From the human T2T-CHM13v2.0 reference genome, Homo sapiens, in assembly GCF_009914755.1 (NCBI RefSeq), contig NC_060927.1: a DNA stretch of 64,000 bases. One strand, written 5' to 3'. How positions within the stretch are numbered: the first letter of the stretch is position 1; each line of letters begins with the position of its first letter. Made by a program: the position numbers and the translations under genes. The notes under the pieces were generated by a model. The model saw only the letters and a program-made list of their open reading frames with translations, was not told the origin of the DNA and did no database searches. Below, one piece after another: positions 42,319 to 56,339 of the stretch.

Positions 42319-42486
42319 CAGTGCTTCCCAAACTCTAAAAGCATTCAATACACTTCACCTGGGAATCTTGTGAGGCTGCTGATTCCGCTAGTAGGTCTAG
42401 GACAGAGCCTAAGAGTGTGTATTTCTTACAAGCTGCCAGGAGATTCTCTTGTTGCTGATTCGTGGGCCACACTTAAAGTAGTGAGG
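42319..42486. mobile_element. MER5B-like DNA transposon
   Basis: cagtgcttcccaaactct...tcacctgggaatcttgt...agtaggtctagg...agcctaagagtgtgtatttcttacaagct...gggccacactt. Confidence 0.75.
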
Positions 42487-45400
42487 ATCCAGTACATGAG
42501 GTCAGAGTTCAGCCAGAGTTTAAACTCAAATCTCCCACTCCTAGGCATGTAAACCACGTGCTCTCACCTCAGAAGTATTTCCTATATGTGAGAGTTATAC
42601 CAGAATAAAACTTGGGGAGATTTTGCTCAAAACATGACTTTTATTATTTTGGTATGGTGATTATTTTTGAAATATCATTTAGACTGCTTGAGAAAAATAA
42701 CAGAAATTCAAAACACTAAAAGTGTTCAAGCAAGAAAGCACTTCCAAACCACAAACCAAGCTACTATGCCTATTTCAACACTGGTGCTAGGGTTTCTGTA
42801 AGATCACTCTGAGTCATCAAACATCTCCAAAGCATCTTTAGCTCTGTCCTTGCCATTTAACTTGATATTGCTTTGAGGAACAAGGTGCAATTTCTTGTCT
42901 GTAAATGAGAATGCTCGGACTTTTGTGCAGATTCAAAGACTCAGTCCGCGCAGCAACCCACAATCTCAGGCAGACTGTCAATTTAAAGATGGAGGGACAG
43001 AGCCATTATATCTCTTTCAGACTTTTATCTTCTCTCAAATGCATATGGATGCACAGCAAGCAAACCGCAATGCCACACTTGCCTGGTCATTGAATATCCT
43101 GCAGTGTACTTCTTAATTAAAACCAGCATCACAAATACGACTGCTTAAGTGCCAAAAACCTGGCCCGCTTAATGACCAATCAGAGAACTACATGATCGTT
43201 CAATCTATTCAGAACCTTTTTTTTTTCCCTGAGGTAAATATAGTTAAGCTGTAAATATTCTTACTGTTTTCCATCAAGTGTGCTTTTTCTTAAAATACTG
43301 CTTCCTTTTCAGCATCAAAAATTCAATTTCACTTTTGTCATCAGAAATCAACGTATGTTATAATAATTTATTACATTTTAAAATCTGGAATTTGTAGCAA
43401 TGCTGGGGATTAAGGAATAATTTGAGTGAACGACACATACAGTGTTGCCTAGTAACACAGGCTGATCTGTACAAAGCCATAAATTGCAAAATTTCATAGC
43501 AGCATAAAAACTTTTGCTGGCACTTAAGCGTATTTTTCCCTGATTGAAGCAGAATTCATGCAACAATTACAACCACATGACAAAAGCTGGTAATGATTAG
43601 CCTTCAAGAGCCGCTGTTGTTTCTGACAGTTCCAAAGCTGTTTTTGTTTGTTTCAGGAAAGAAAGTATCAAATCCTTCACTTACTAGTCTCACTGAAAAG
43701 ACAGGGTTGAGCCTGTTAATTAGCCAGTGCCAGCATTGTAACTGCAGCTCCCAGTGAAGAATGGAAGAGTTATGTAATAATTTCCAATTCCTATTAATTT
43801 GTGTCAACCAAAACCAGCTCCATATGTACCTATACACACTTTACAGGGAAGCTCTCTTATTATGTAAAATAAAGGTAGAAACACATAAGAAATACAAATG
43901 TGTCTGCAACTATCATTGAGAAAAGAACTTCATGAAGATGAAAGCTGAGAGCCAGGAAGGTTGTTTTCATTTGTTATAACAAATATCTTAAGGAGCTGTC
44001 TTAAGATATCTTCAATAGTTACAGTTCTTGAAGTAAAATTACAAAATATAGTTGCTAAAGAGCCCAAAGGAAAATTATATCCACATTGAATTCAAAATAG
44101 CTTGCTGAATAATATCCTATAGCCAGCCCAAAGAAAATATGAGTTTGTGGAAATAATACTTTATCACACTCTGATATACACTACACACAGAGAGAGATAA
44201 AATAAATGAGTGTTTCACTGATGGGATACTGGGCGATTTTCTCTGACAAACACATAAGTTTCTATGAATAGATTCACCAATGTGAAGGGATTCACACTAT
44301 AGCTCAAGAAAATTGAGAAATAAATGCTTTGATCCTTTCATAAACTTTTCATTCTTCTAGCTATAGCGTGAATAAAAAACACATAAAAATTTAATAGGTA
44401 ATGTGGGCACAAAAGAATATATTGTGAAACACAAAGGAAGACTTCTATATTCAGGTTTAGTCTTTCAATCAATTTTGTGGCTGAGCTTCCTGGTGTACAT
44501 TTCGATAAATCCTAATTTACTTTCGGTCAAGCCTCATAATGTCAAACTTCTGGTTTGATTTCTCAGAATCCCTCACCCCTAACACAGCTACAGCAAGATA
44601 CTTGGAAAGATCCAGATGCCACCAGAGGAAATGGAACAAGATTACACAGAAAGCAGAAGTGGATGTCTAAAAATAGAATAAAAACGGATAAGGGAATCCA
44701 CCTAATCCCCAAATCCCACGTCCAAGAAGCACCATCTGCACATCACACAACACTTAGAATGCCTGGAAATGGTCCCAAAATATCATGAGCCCACAATTTA
44801 GTGATGGTCAGGCCATGAAAAAGTTGATTAGCCTCCCTGAGTCTCAGTTTCTTCCTCCATACAATTGGGAGATTGGATTTGATGAGTTCTAAAATTTCTA
44901 ACAGCTCCAAGGTGTTATAACTAAATCCTTCCACTGCTCTATAAGAAAGTCTTCATGGCTTTCCACTCTGTCATTTTACTTATAAGCAACGGAAAGGAAA
45001 CCAGCAGTCAGGCTGAGAAATTAAAATTGGTTGAGGTATGACACGCTTTACCGATATTGAATGTCACATCACAAAATGAGTCCTACATAATTACTTAGCA
45101 CAGTGCTTGACATATAGTGGACACTCACCAAAAACCACCTCCCACTGCTGCCCCTCCTCCACACACACATAACCTCCATACATGTTTCACTGTTTGCCCT
45201 CCCTTGTGGAGTACGCTTCTATGATTATGAGTGCCAATTATGAACGCTGAAAGTAACAAGTCTGAAAAACCTGTTCGGAATATGGCAGTACATTGCCTGG
45301 ATTATGTGCACACTTAGAGTGACAATTTACCCACTAATTTCTGATTACATTTTAAGGCTGATCAACTTAGATATTTTGAAAAGAAGTTGACATTTGTCAA

Positions 45401-45707
45401 ATAAGTCCTAATGAGAAGTGAAGCATGTTTTTGTATACTGTGTTAGAAAGCAATAGAAACACTAAATTCTTGAATGATCATTAAATTAATTAGATGGATT
45501 ATGAGTACTTTATGTTTTGTTCAAACTAATTCATTCTATAAAAAGGCTACAAAACATGGATTCAATACCCTACTGAAAAGAAGAGAAGCTTGAGAGTAAT
45601 GGAAGCTCTGAGCACCTTTCTACAAATAGCCCAAGAAAAAAATAAATAGATTTATCAAATTGCTGCTTATTTGTGGATAATGAGAATTTTTTAAAAATAC
45701 AGATTCT

Positions 45708-47432
45708 AAAATACCTTGGAATCCAACTTACAAGGGATGTGAAGGACCTCTTCAAAGAGAACTACAAACCACTACTCAAGGAAATAAGAGAGGACACTAA
45801 CAAAGGGAAAAACATGTGATCCTCATGGATAGGAAGAATCAATATTGTGAAAATGGCCATACTGCCCAAAGTAATTTATGGATTCAATGCTATTCACATC
45901 AAGCTATCATTGACTTGTCTTCACAGAATTGGAAAAAAAACTACTTTAAATTTCATATGGAACCAAAAAAGAGCCCACATAGACAAGACAATCCTAAGCA
46001 AAAAGAACAAAGCTGGAGGCATCATATTACCTGACTTCAAACTACACTACAAGGCTACAGTAACAAAAACAGCATGGTACTGGTACCAAAACAGATATAT
46101 AGACCAATGGAACAGAACAGGGGCCTCAGAAATAACACCACACATCTACAACCATCTGATCTTTGACAAACCTGACAAAAACAAGAAATGGGGAAAGGAT
46201 TCCCTATTTAATAAATGGTGTTGGGAAAACTGTCTAGCCATAGGCAGAAAGCTGAAACTGGATCCCTTCCTTACACCTTATATAAAAGTTAACTCAAGAT
46301 GGATTAAAGACTTAAATGTAAAACCTAAAACCATAAAAACCCTAGAAGAAAACCTACACAATACCATTCAGGACATAGGCATGGGCAAGGACTTCATGAC
46401 TAAAACACCAAAAGCAATGGCAACAAAAGCCAAAATTGACAAATGGGATCTAATTAAACTAAAGAGCACAGCAAAAGAAACTGTCATCAGAGTGAACAGG
46501 CAACCTACAGAATGGGAGAAAATGTTTACAATCTACCCATCTGACACAGGGCTAATATCTAGAATCTACAAAGAACTCAAACAAATTTACAACAAAAATC
46601 AAACGACCCCATCAAAAAATGGGCAAATGATGTGAACAGACACTTCTCAAAAGAAGACATCTATGCAGCCAACAAACACATGAAAAAATGCTCATCATCA
46701 CTGGTCATTAGAGAAATGCAAATCAAAACCACAATGAGATACCATCTCACACCAGTTAGAATGGTGATCATTAAAAAGTCAGGAAACAACAGATGCTGGG
46801 AAGGATGTGGAGAAATAGGAATGTTTTTACACTGTTGGTGGGAGTGTAAATTAGTTCAACCATTGTGGAAGACAGTGTGGTTATTTTTCAAGGATCTAGA
46901 ACTAGAAATACCATTTGACCCAGCAATCCCATTACCAGGTATATACCCAAAGGATTATAAATCATTCTACTGTAAAGATACATGCACACATATGTTTATT
47001 GCAGCACTATTCACAATAGCAAAGAGTTGGAACCAACCCAAATGCCCATCAATAATAGACTGGATAAAAAAATGTGACATATATATGCCATGGAATACTA
47101 TGCAGTTATAAAAAAAGATGAGTTCATGTCCTTTGCAGGGACATGGATGAAGCTGGAAACCATCATTCTCAGCAAACTAACAAAAGAACAGAAAATCAAG
47201 CACCACAAGTTCTCACTCATAAGTGGGAGGTGAACAATGAGAACACATGAACACAGGGAGGAGAACATCCCACACTGGGGCCTGTCAGAGGGTAGGGGGA
47301 GGGATAGCATTAGGAGAAATACCTAATGTAGATGATGGGTTGATGGGTGCAGCAAACCACCATGGCATGTGTATACCTATGTAACAAACCTGCACTTTCT
47401 GTACATGTACCCCAGAACTTAAAGTATAATTA
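45708..47432 (+). mobile_element. 5'-truncated primate L1 (L1PA7/8-like): ORF2 C-terminal part plus 3'UTR
   Basis: ORFs 45847-46635 and 46632-47111 translate to L1 ORF2 ([20 protein letters not shown]; CWEGC...HCWWEC cysteine-rich motif) with frameshifts. L1PA 3'UTR is present. TSD aaaaata(c/t)agattct at 45693-45707 and 47433-47447. Confidence 0.96.
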
Positions 47433-50400
47433 AAAAATATAGATTCTCTGAAGTAATTTTCTAAAATGTATTACTTGAAATTTCCAAAAACTTCTTAAAG
47501 ATGAATATTGTATAACCATCAATAACAAAACTAGGAATTCTAAACTATATGGTTATCAGACTTATATGTAAATTATGTTATCTCCTAAACAAACCAACAT
47601 TACTGAAGTGCTTTAGGCATGTCATTACAAAATGTAATGCACTTTTATTAAAAGTCCCTGGACTTAATTGAAAGGTGAAAAATGTGGTAAATCTGTCTTT
47701 AAAAAAAAAAAGTATTCGATTCTTCAACCTCATAACTTAGGAGTAAGTTCTGGGTATCCAAAATTGGGGGAGTTTGGTTTCTTAATCAAAAAAGGGTAAG
47801 TTCTGAATTAATTTTTGTCTTATCTACAATGTTATTTCATTTCCAAAGGAATAAATAATATTTTTATTATACTTAAAACAGCTTTATTTTAACTATCTTT
47901 AGCATTTCGGAGGGGGCGAGGCTCTCCCCATTTATATGAATAATGTTAGATATATAAATTGCCTGATGTAAAAGTTTGAAGAGGACCAGCTTTCTAAAAT
48001 GTACTTGAAAGCAGCAAATGTTCAAATAATGTACTTTTCTAAGAGGAATGCATTAGAAGTGCTCTACCTTTTAAACAAGATGCAACAGACAGTATCATTA
48101 TCACCTGTTAGTCTAGATTTTGTAATGGAAGAACTAATAAAAGGTAACTTAGTGAAGAGGGAGGAAAAATCAAGCATGAGTTTGTTTTTTTCTTCTACTA
48201 GAAATAATGACTTTCTACAATCTCATGGAACACTGGAAAGTGGTTTTCAACTTGGAGACATAGAAAGTAAAATAGGTCAACATCCACTGCATCTATTTTC
48301 AATTACTGAGACATATAGTCCTTAAGCAGCCAGAGTCAGCCAGAATTGTCTAAGATCTGGGCTCCATAATGAAAATATCTTATAGTAAAATGTATTCCCC
48401 ATAGGTTAAAATGCAAAATGAGAACCCAACTTTTTATTACTCGTTAAATGAAATGTGCAGTCTTTTTCCCCTTTTAAGGTCAAGTATACAGTATTTTGGA
48501 AAACAAACCATAAAAACATGATTAGAGAGAACAGAGGAAGTCATTATTTTCTCCAGTCATAAAGAATGTAGCATCATTCTATCAATCTAATGTATCTTTG
48601 TAACGGCAGTGGCAGCATGTGGCAGTGCTTAAATTGCAAATACAGTATTTAAGAAAAAGAACGGATTAAAAGAGCACTCACATGAGCTGGAAAATAGCCA
48701 CATGGATTATAATATTTTTATAAATTCCATTTCTTTTTCAAAGCACCACTTAACATTATATATTGCTATATTATCTACCTACACAGAAATAATATACTCA
48801 TCAGGCCAAAATTCATAAAGTAAATCCAAGTGTACATAATTAATGGCCAATGCAGATAGACCCCATATTGTGATATATGGTGAATGTAAAATCAGTGCAG
48901 AAATATTGAACCTGAATCTATACATGTATATAAATAACATCCCTAGATTTGGTTTGCCTTTTTGGAAACATTTATAACACAAAATTTGAAGATAGTAAGA
49001 TGCATCTTCTCAATGTTAACATCAGGACAGAATTCACGCAAAAGCTTATCACAAAGGCAAATATTTCAGAGCATGTGGCTTTTACAAAGCACAACTTTAT
49101 TGCTGAGACAATTCCAACCCAGTGTCAGTTTTTCAGCAACAGTTGCTATCTATCTGTCATATTTAGGGCAGTTATACTTTCAATATGCTCCACTAGAGGC
49201 AGCTGGATAAACTTGAAAGCATTTTTAAAAACATGTTTAGGAAAGTAAAGGAAATGACCTGTAACATGGTAAACACACCATATTGTACATGAGATTCTCA
49301 CTACTCTAGCTTTATCAAGTCAGGATATCTAGGATGGAATGCATGTTTAAGCCAACACTCATGCTCAGGATTTCATGTTTCAGGACTTAGTGATGGCTTC
49401 CATTTCCAGTCGGTCTTCTTTTAAATGCTGTTTGGCATTTTATGTGGGCTTTGGTTGTCAATAAAATAAAATAAATAAGAAGGTAAATTCTACTAACAGC
49501 TTAATTGTCTGCAAGGTAAGATGAGCAAAATCTAAGCAGACATTCTGACTGAGAGAGGGCATAAGACAACTTGGAGATTCTGCCAAATCCATAGGAGAGG
49601 ACTTTTTGTTTGGTTAGTTGGTGGGCTGATTTTCAGCTTTTTAATTTTTTTCATAGAGTGGAGATGTTGTAACCCTGTCTTATAAGCTAATAGAATTAGG
49701 AAAGCTGCCTCCATCCACAGCAGTTTGTTTTTCATCCCAATGGTTTGTCAACATAATGAACTAGATAAACAATCTGCACAAGAAATAAAACTGTCCTTAT
49801 AGATAGGCTAGGGAAATGTCAGGCCTCACTTGTTACTGAAAACTCAGCAGAAACTTACAAAGACACAAGAACAATTGGGAGGATGCCAAACACACAAGCC
49901 AAATAAACTGAAGATTCTCCTTCAGGCTTCAGTTTCTTTGCTTTTCCTACATACATCTCACCCAGCATTTGGCTAGGCACTCCTAACTAAGAATGTTGAG
50001 GTTATCAGAAAAATTGGCCTAAAAGAAATCAAGATTTATGATTTTTAAAAGCAGTCCTTTTTTTAACACCTTTAAAGTGATGTTCACCACACTCAAAGCT
50101 GGTTGTCAGACTGAAAACCAGAATATTTTACGTCTTCAGCTTTTTTAAAAAAAACAAAATGCTCCATTTCATTTGGCATTTTAGAATTATTTTTAAAAAG
50201 AATAAATCCTACCTCAAAGCAAATTGGGAAGATGATAGTGCCAACTCTTCCTTTGAGCCCTTCTTGGTTCATGCATGAGCCATTCATTTTCAAAGGGAGA
50301 TGCTAATGAGCAGACAGACACCAACTAAGGTGTCCTGGTCCATACAAATGCATGTGTGCAAATGCTAAGAAGGACTCTACACTGCCCACCCCACATCTCC

Positions 50401-50771
50401 CGCACCAGCTTGAAGTGAAGTAGTCAAGGGGGTAAAATATTCACATAAATGAGCCAGTCTTGGTAATAACATTACGTACTAAGTGAATCAGTGCTTTCAT
50501 TTTGCATGAGATCGTATTCCAACATACAAAATCTTGATAGGTTCAGTACACAGTTATTATGTTAGACATTTTGTTGACCTAAATGATAATAATAATTATT
50601 ATTCTCATGTGTTCTCTGCACTGCTGGATTCTGATTTTTCATGTTAATTTGATATCGCAGTTAAATGAAATGTACCTTCAAGAGGTCAGATGTGCTGGTT
50701 GAATGTGCTGGGTGACCGATGTACACAAGGCTAAAAGCTGATGAAAAGAAGAGTCCAACAGACATGCACTT

Positions 50772-52450
50772 AATCATTCATTCAACAAATATTTTTGAGC
50801 ACTTGGCACTGTTAAAATTGTTACGTATATACAGCACTTAGGAAATATTAAAAAACAAAAAACAAAAAACTTTGCCATCGTGGAAATTACATTCTAGAAG
50901 GAAGAAAAAGAAAATGAACAGGATGGATAAGTAAAATAAGTAGAATATAAGTAAACATATAAAATACATAGAATAAAATCTCTCAGCATTTGCTTGTCTA
51001 TAAAGGATTTTATTTCTCCTTCACTTATGAAGCTTAGTTTGGCTGGATATGAAATTCTGGGTTGAAAATTCTTGTCTTTAAGAATGTTGAATATTGGCCC
51101 CCACTCTCTTCTGGCTTGTAGAGTTTCTGCTGAGAGATCCACTGTTAGTCTGACGGGCGTCCCTTTGTGGGTAACCCAACCTTTCTCTCTGGCTGCCCTT
51201 AACATTTTTTCCTTCATTTCAACTTTGGTGAATCTGACAATTATGTGTCTTGTGGTTGCCCTTCTCGAGGAGTATCTTTGTGGCATTCTCTGTATTTCTT
51301 GAATTTGAATGTTGGCCTGTCTTCCTAGATTGGGGAAGTTCTCCTAGATAATATCCTGCAGAGTGTTTTCCAACTTGGTTCCATTCTCCCCATCACTTTC
51401 AGGTACACCAATCAGACGTAGATTTGGTCTTTTCACATAGCTCCATATTTCTTGGAGGCTTTGTTTGTTTCTTTTTACTCTTTTTTCTCTAAACTTCTCT
51501 TCTCGCTTCATTTCATTCATTTGATCTTCAATCACTGATACCCTTTCTTCCAGTTGATCAAATTGGCTCCTGAAGCTTATGCATGTGTCAGGTAGTTCTC
51601 GTGCCATGGTTTTCAGCTCCATCAGGTCATTTAAGGACTTCTCTACACTGGTTATTCTAATATAAGTGATAAGTGCTAGGGAAAAAATAAAACAGAAAAA
51701 ATAGATAGTAATTGCCATGTTTAGGGGAGGGGACAAATGAGGTGGTATCAGGAAAGACCTCTTTGAGATAGTGACCTTGAGAAAAGGTTTGAAGACAATG
51801 AGAGAGTGAGCCATGCAGTGTCTGGGAGAAGAGCATTCCAGGCAGGGAAAATGGCAAATACAAAGAGGGAAAGGTGTATGAATTGTACAGGCATTTGGGG
51901 GTATTCCAAAACTTTTATTCTAAGTAATATCATTGTAGATAACTTTATGGATTCATTCAGAGAAGAGATTTACTCTACTACACAAATATTTAAAATTCTA
52001 AGTATAGCACATAAGTTTTCATGTCTGTTATCTTTGTAAAATGTTAGGGATAGTGAGAAGTTTGGGATAGCTCACCAAAGTCTCTGATTTCGGCAGCCCA
52101 AGAAAGAGAGGCCAAGAAGGGTTAGATGGTTTCACAAAGCCACACCCTTATCTGGTGGCAGATCCTGAGCTAGAATTCAGAGCTCTAGAGTCTTATTCCC
52201 ATGCTCTTCCTGTGCCTTACAGGAAGATTTTTCTTTTTGCTTGAATTATTCATGGCAAACACTCTGGATTCATTCTAAATTATGATGGGAAATCATTGGA
52301 GCATTTTAGGGAGAAGGGGTTTCTGATTTTTTTAACCTGTATAAAGGCTCTCTTGGCTATCGTAAGAAGAACAGACCTTAGGGAAGGCACAGGTGGACAC
52401 AGACAGATGAATTAGGAAGCCATTATGATGTCCTCTATACCTAGAAAAAT
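50772..52450 (-). mobile_element. L2 3' fragment, interrupted by an L1 ORF1 piece and a MIR (about 52020-52220)
   Basis: attcattcaacaaatatttttgagcac (L2 tail) ... gataagtgctagggaaaaaataaa...gagccatgcagtgtctgggagaagagcattccaggcaggg. Confidence 0.75.
50975..51659 (-). mobile_element. Isolated internal ORF1 fragment of a primate L1 (L1PA/L1P)
   Basis: ORFs 51344-51814 and 50894-51286 translate to L1 ORF1p (KRPNLRLIGVPESDGENGTKLENTLQDII; RHIIVRFTKVEMKEKMLRAAREKG; FQPRISYPAKLSF). No 5'UTR, ORF2, 3'UTR or poly(A). Confidence 0.95.
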
Positions 52451-53727
52451 GTCTATTGAAGGGATGAGGGAATGAATGAATGAAGGAATGAATGAATACA
52501 GATACAAGCCTCACAAGAGATCATATATTTTCTTGCAAAACTTATATGCTTGGCACCTTGCATAAGAACTTGGCACAGTAGGAGATACCAAAAATACCAA
52601 AGGAGATACCAAAAAGTCCCTAAAAGGATTGAATAGAGATACTTTTTCCTATTCCTCTCACTAAGTACAACTAAAATCCTGAACATTATATATCAAATAA
52701 AGACAAGAAAACTGAAAGATGAAGAGAAGAAGGAAAACTAGCTACAGATCTCAGGACCCTTGGAAACACATGGTGATGAGTTCGTGAGTTTTCTTTCTGC
52801 CTCATATATACCAGACTTGGAGTCAAATAATATGACCACCCAGAAACACCAATGGACACAGACAAAAATAAGCCCAATACAAACCTCTTCTGTCCAGCCA
52901 AAGGACCAGGAAAAGAACAGTCTAGAAAAACAGAACACTTTGGATAATAACTGTTCTACTCTGAACAAATACCACAGAAAACCCTGTGGCCTTACCCTCA
53001 TTCACACCAATAAAGGCCAAGTGCAGAAGCTTCTACCCTCATGAAGCTGTAATGAAGTACCCAAACACCCTTGCCAGTGTCAAGTTAGAGCCAAGTATCA
53101 AGCTGGAACCTTCATCTCCACTGGCTGGGAATAAGGTCCTATGACTGTGTAGTGGGGACCACTGGGGAGCCTGGAATTCCTCTCCCTTTCAGAAATAATG
53201 AGGCACCTCTTCTCTGCACTGGGACAGTATCAGGGAGGCCTTGTAGAAAGTCAAGAATTTCACTATAGCCCAATGGAGTATCAAGGCCACCCTCCACTGT
53301 GGTATCATTGGAGACTACATGACAAGCCAGAACTCCAACCCCTGTCTAGAAGCAAGGAAGAGCTTTCCCACCCAGGTGTCAAAAGAAGCTGAGTGGAAAA
53401 CATGGGCTTCTAACTCCATCTGGCAGCAATGGGGCGGCACTCTCTCTTTCCCTGACACAGAAAAAGTCAGATAAAACAGAAGGCTTAAATAAGTGTCAGA
53501 GTCTCATAATATGAGATTCATAATATGACTTTCAAAGTGTTCAGTTTGCAATTAAAAAGCACTCATCATACCAAGGAGCAGGAAATGTAAACTTGAATAA
53601 AAAAAGAATCAATCATCAATAGATGCCAACACTGAGACAACAAAGATGTTAGAATTATCTGATAATGATTTTAAAGCAACCTTAATAGAAATGTTTTACT
53701 GAGCAATTATGAACACACTTGAAATAA

Positions 53728-54081
53728 ACTGAATGTTTATCTCTCCTTAAAATACATACAATGAAATCCTAATCCCCAAGGTGATGGAATTAGGAGGTGG
53801 GACCTTTGGGAAATGGTTAGCTCATAAGCAAAGAGTCTTCATGAGTGGGATTAGTGCCCTTATCAAAGAGGCCCCAGAGAGACCCCTGCCCCTCCACCAT
53901 GTGAGGATACTACTAGAAGCCATCATCTATGAACTCTAAAGTAGGCTCTCACCAGATAACAAATTTGTCTGTACCTTGATCTTCAATGTCCATCTCCAGA
54001 ACTGTGAGAAATAAATTTCTGTTATTTAAAAGCTACCCAGTGTAAAGTATTTTGTTATAGCAGCCCAAATGGACTAAGACA
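53728..54081 (+). mobile_element. MLT1A0-like MaLR solo LTR nested in L1M
   Basis: aaatcctaatccccaaggtgatggaattaggaggtggg...gggattagtgcccttat...ctccagaactgtgagaaataaatttctg...gcagcccaaatggactaagaca. Confidence 0.85.
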
Positions 54082-54665
54082 ACACTTAAAAACATAAAAA
54101 GCCTCAGCAAATAAATAGCATTTCAGCAAAGAAACAGAAGATATAAAGAAGAACCAAATAAAAATATTAGAACTAAAAGATACAATAACCAAATAAAAAT
54201 TTCAATAGATGTGTTCAACAGCAGAATGGAGGCAACAGGGTAAAGAAACAGAGAAATGGAAGATGGAAAACAGAACCTACCTAATAATAAAAACAGTGAT
54301 AAGATAGGCTGAAAAGAAAAAATAAACAGAGTCTTAGTTACCTGTGGGAGTATAATAAAAAATCTAACATTTGTGTTACCCAATCCTTAGAAAGAGAGGA
54401 GGATGATAGAGCTGAAAAAGTAGTGGAATAAATAATGGCTTCAAACTTTCCATATTTAGCAAGAGATGTAAACCTAAAGATTCAAGATAGTTAACGAATC
54501 TTAAATTGGATAAAACTAAAGAAATCTATATCAAAATATATTATTGATCTTCTGGAAACTAAAGACAAAAAAAGAAATCTTGAAAGTAGTCAGAGAAAAA
54601 CTACACCTTACCTATAGGAAAAACTATTTGAATGACAGATTTCTCATCAGAAACCATGGAAGCCA

Positions 54666-54722
54666 ACATCCTGCCCATATATCCTTGAACTTAAAATAAA
54701 AGTGGAAGAAGAAAAAAAAAAG
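54666..54722 (+). mobile_element. Very short L1 3'-end insertion (old L1PA/PB-like) nested in L1M
   Basis: acatcctgcccatatatccttgaacttaaaataaaagt plus an A-rich tail. Degenerate TSD agaaaccatggaagcca / agaaatcatagagggca. Confidence 0.6.
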
Positions 54723-54946
54723 AGAAATCATAGAGGGCAGAGGTAAGTGGCAAAATATTTTGAAATTGCTGGAAAAAAAAAAAAACCATCAACCCATAAT
54801 CTTATGCCCAGTGAAAATATCCTTTAGAAAGGAAGGGGAAATTAAGGCATTCTTTGATGAAGGAAAAGAGAATTTTTTACCTGCAGACCTACTCGAAAAG
54901 AATGGCTACAGGAAGCTCTCTAAAAAGGAAGGCAAAGGCAAATAGA

Positions 54947-55189
54947 ATCCTTCTCACATCACATCACCCTGGCCTCCTCCTCTGCCCTTGCTTTCCCATT
55001 TTAAGGACACTTGTGATTACACTATGCCTACTGAGATAATCTAGGTATCCCCATCTGATGATTACCTAATTAACAACTTCAGTTCCATATGCTACCTTAA
55101 TTTCTGTTTGCTGTATTAGGTAACATATTCATAGGTTCTGGGGATTAGGAGGCAGGGATCTTTGAGGGGCCATTATACTGTCTACCACA
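54947..55189 (-). mobile_element. MLT1 (D/E-like) LTR 5' fragment nested in L1M
   Basis: ttttaaggacacttgtgattacact...ggtaacatattcataggttctggggattagga...ggggccattatactgtctaccaca. Confidence 0.75.
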
Positions 55190-55905
55190 AATGTAAACAG
55201 TCTAAATACACCAATTAAAAAACAGAGAATGGCAAGGTGATTTTGAGAAACATGATTTAACTATAGCTATTTACAAGAAACTCACTTCAAGTATAATTAT
55301 ATAGGCATGTTGAAAGTAAAAGGATACAAAAAAGACTATATCATGCAAACATTAATTTTTTAAAGAAGGAAGAGTGGCTAAATTAATATCAAATAATGTA
55401 GATTTTGCAGCATAAAAAATTGCTAGACACAGTGAGTGACATTAGATGATGAGAAAAGGGTCAATCCACCAAGAAGATATAGTAATTCTGAATGTATATG
55501 CACCAAACAACAGAGCTGCAAAATTTATGAAGCATAAACTGACAGAACTAAAAGAGAAAAATAGGCAAATCTACAGTAATAATGACAGACTACAACACCT
55601 CTCTCTCAACAATTGATAGAACAAATAGGCAGAAAAGCATCAAGGATATAGAAGAACTCAATACTCAAGAATATATGTATTCTGTTTTTGTTGGGTGGGT
55701 GATTTGTTGGGTTGGGTGATTCTATAAATATCAAACTAAAGTAATCAACTGAAAGAATTTGATATTCATAGAATACCCCTCCCAACAATGACGGAATATC
55801 CATATTCTTTTCAGATGCCTGTGGAACATAAAGTAAGATAGAGCATATTCCTGGGCCATAAAATAAATCTCAACAATTTTAAAAGAATTGAAATCATAAA
55901 CATTG

Positions 55906-56290
55906 TGTATTATGGACTTAATTATGTCCCCCCCCCCCGTGCCAAAATTCATATGTTGAAGCCCTAACCCCTTAGTGTGATTTTTTGAAGACGGAGCCTA
56001 TAAAAAGGTAATTACGGTTAAATGAGGTGAATATGGTGAGGTGAATAAGGTTACATGAGGTGAATATGGTGGAGCCCTAATTCAAAATGGCTTATGTCTT
56101 GATGAGAAGAGTAAGAGACACCAGGGATATACACTCACAGAGCAAAGGCCATGTGAGGGCATAGTGAGAAGATCTGCCAGCACCTTGATCTTGGACGTGT
56201 GGCCTCCAAAACTGTGAAAAAAAAAATAATTTCTGTGGTTTAAGTCAACTAGCCTATGGTACTTTGTTGCGGCCATGCTAGAAATCAATA
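55906..56290 (+). mobile_element. MLT1B-like LTR nested in L1M
   Basis: ccaaaattcatatgttgaagccctaacccc...ggttaaatgaggt...aggccatgtgagg...gccagcaccttgatcttggac. Confidence 0.8.
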
Positions 56291-56339
56291 ATAGAAAGAA
56301 ACAGGAAAATCTCCAAACACTTGTTAACTAAACAACACA

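Noticed and set aside
43983-44009. Inverted repeat atatcttaag-N7-cttaagatat (also 8-bp arms gttacacc/ggtgtaac near 39969-39991)
   Set aside because: Arms of 8-10 bp are expected by chance in 64 kb of AT-rich DNA and are too short for a pre-miRNA.
45847-47111. 262-aa and 159-aa ORFs as a possible gene
   Set aside because: They are frameshifted L1 ORF2 remnants in a 5'-truncated element with no promoter, ORF1, endonuclease or RT core.
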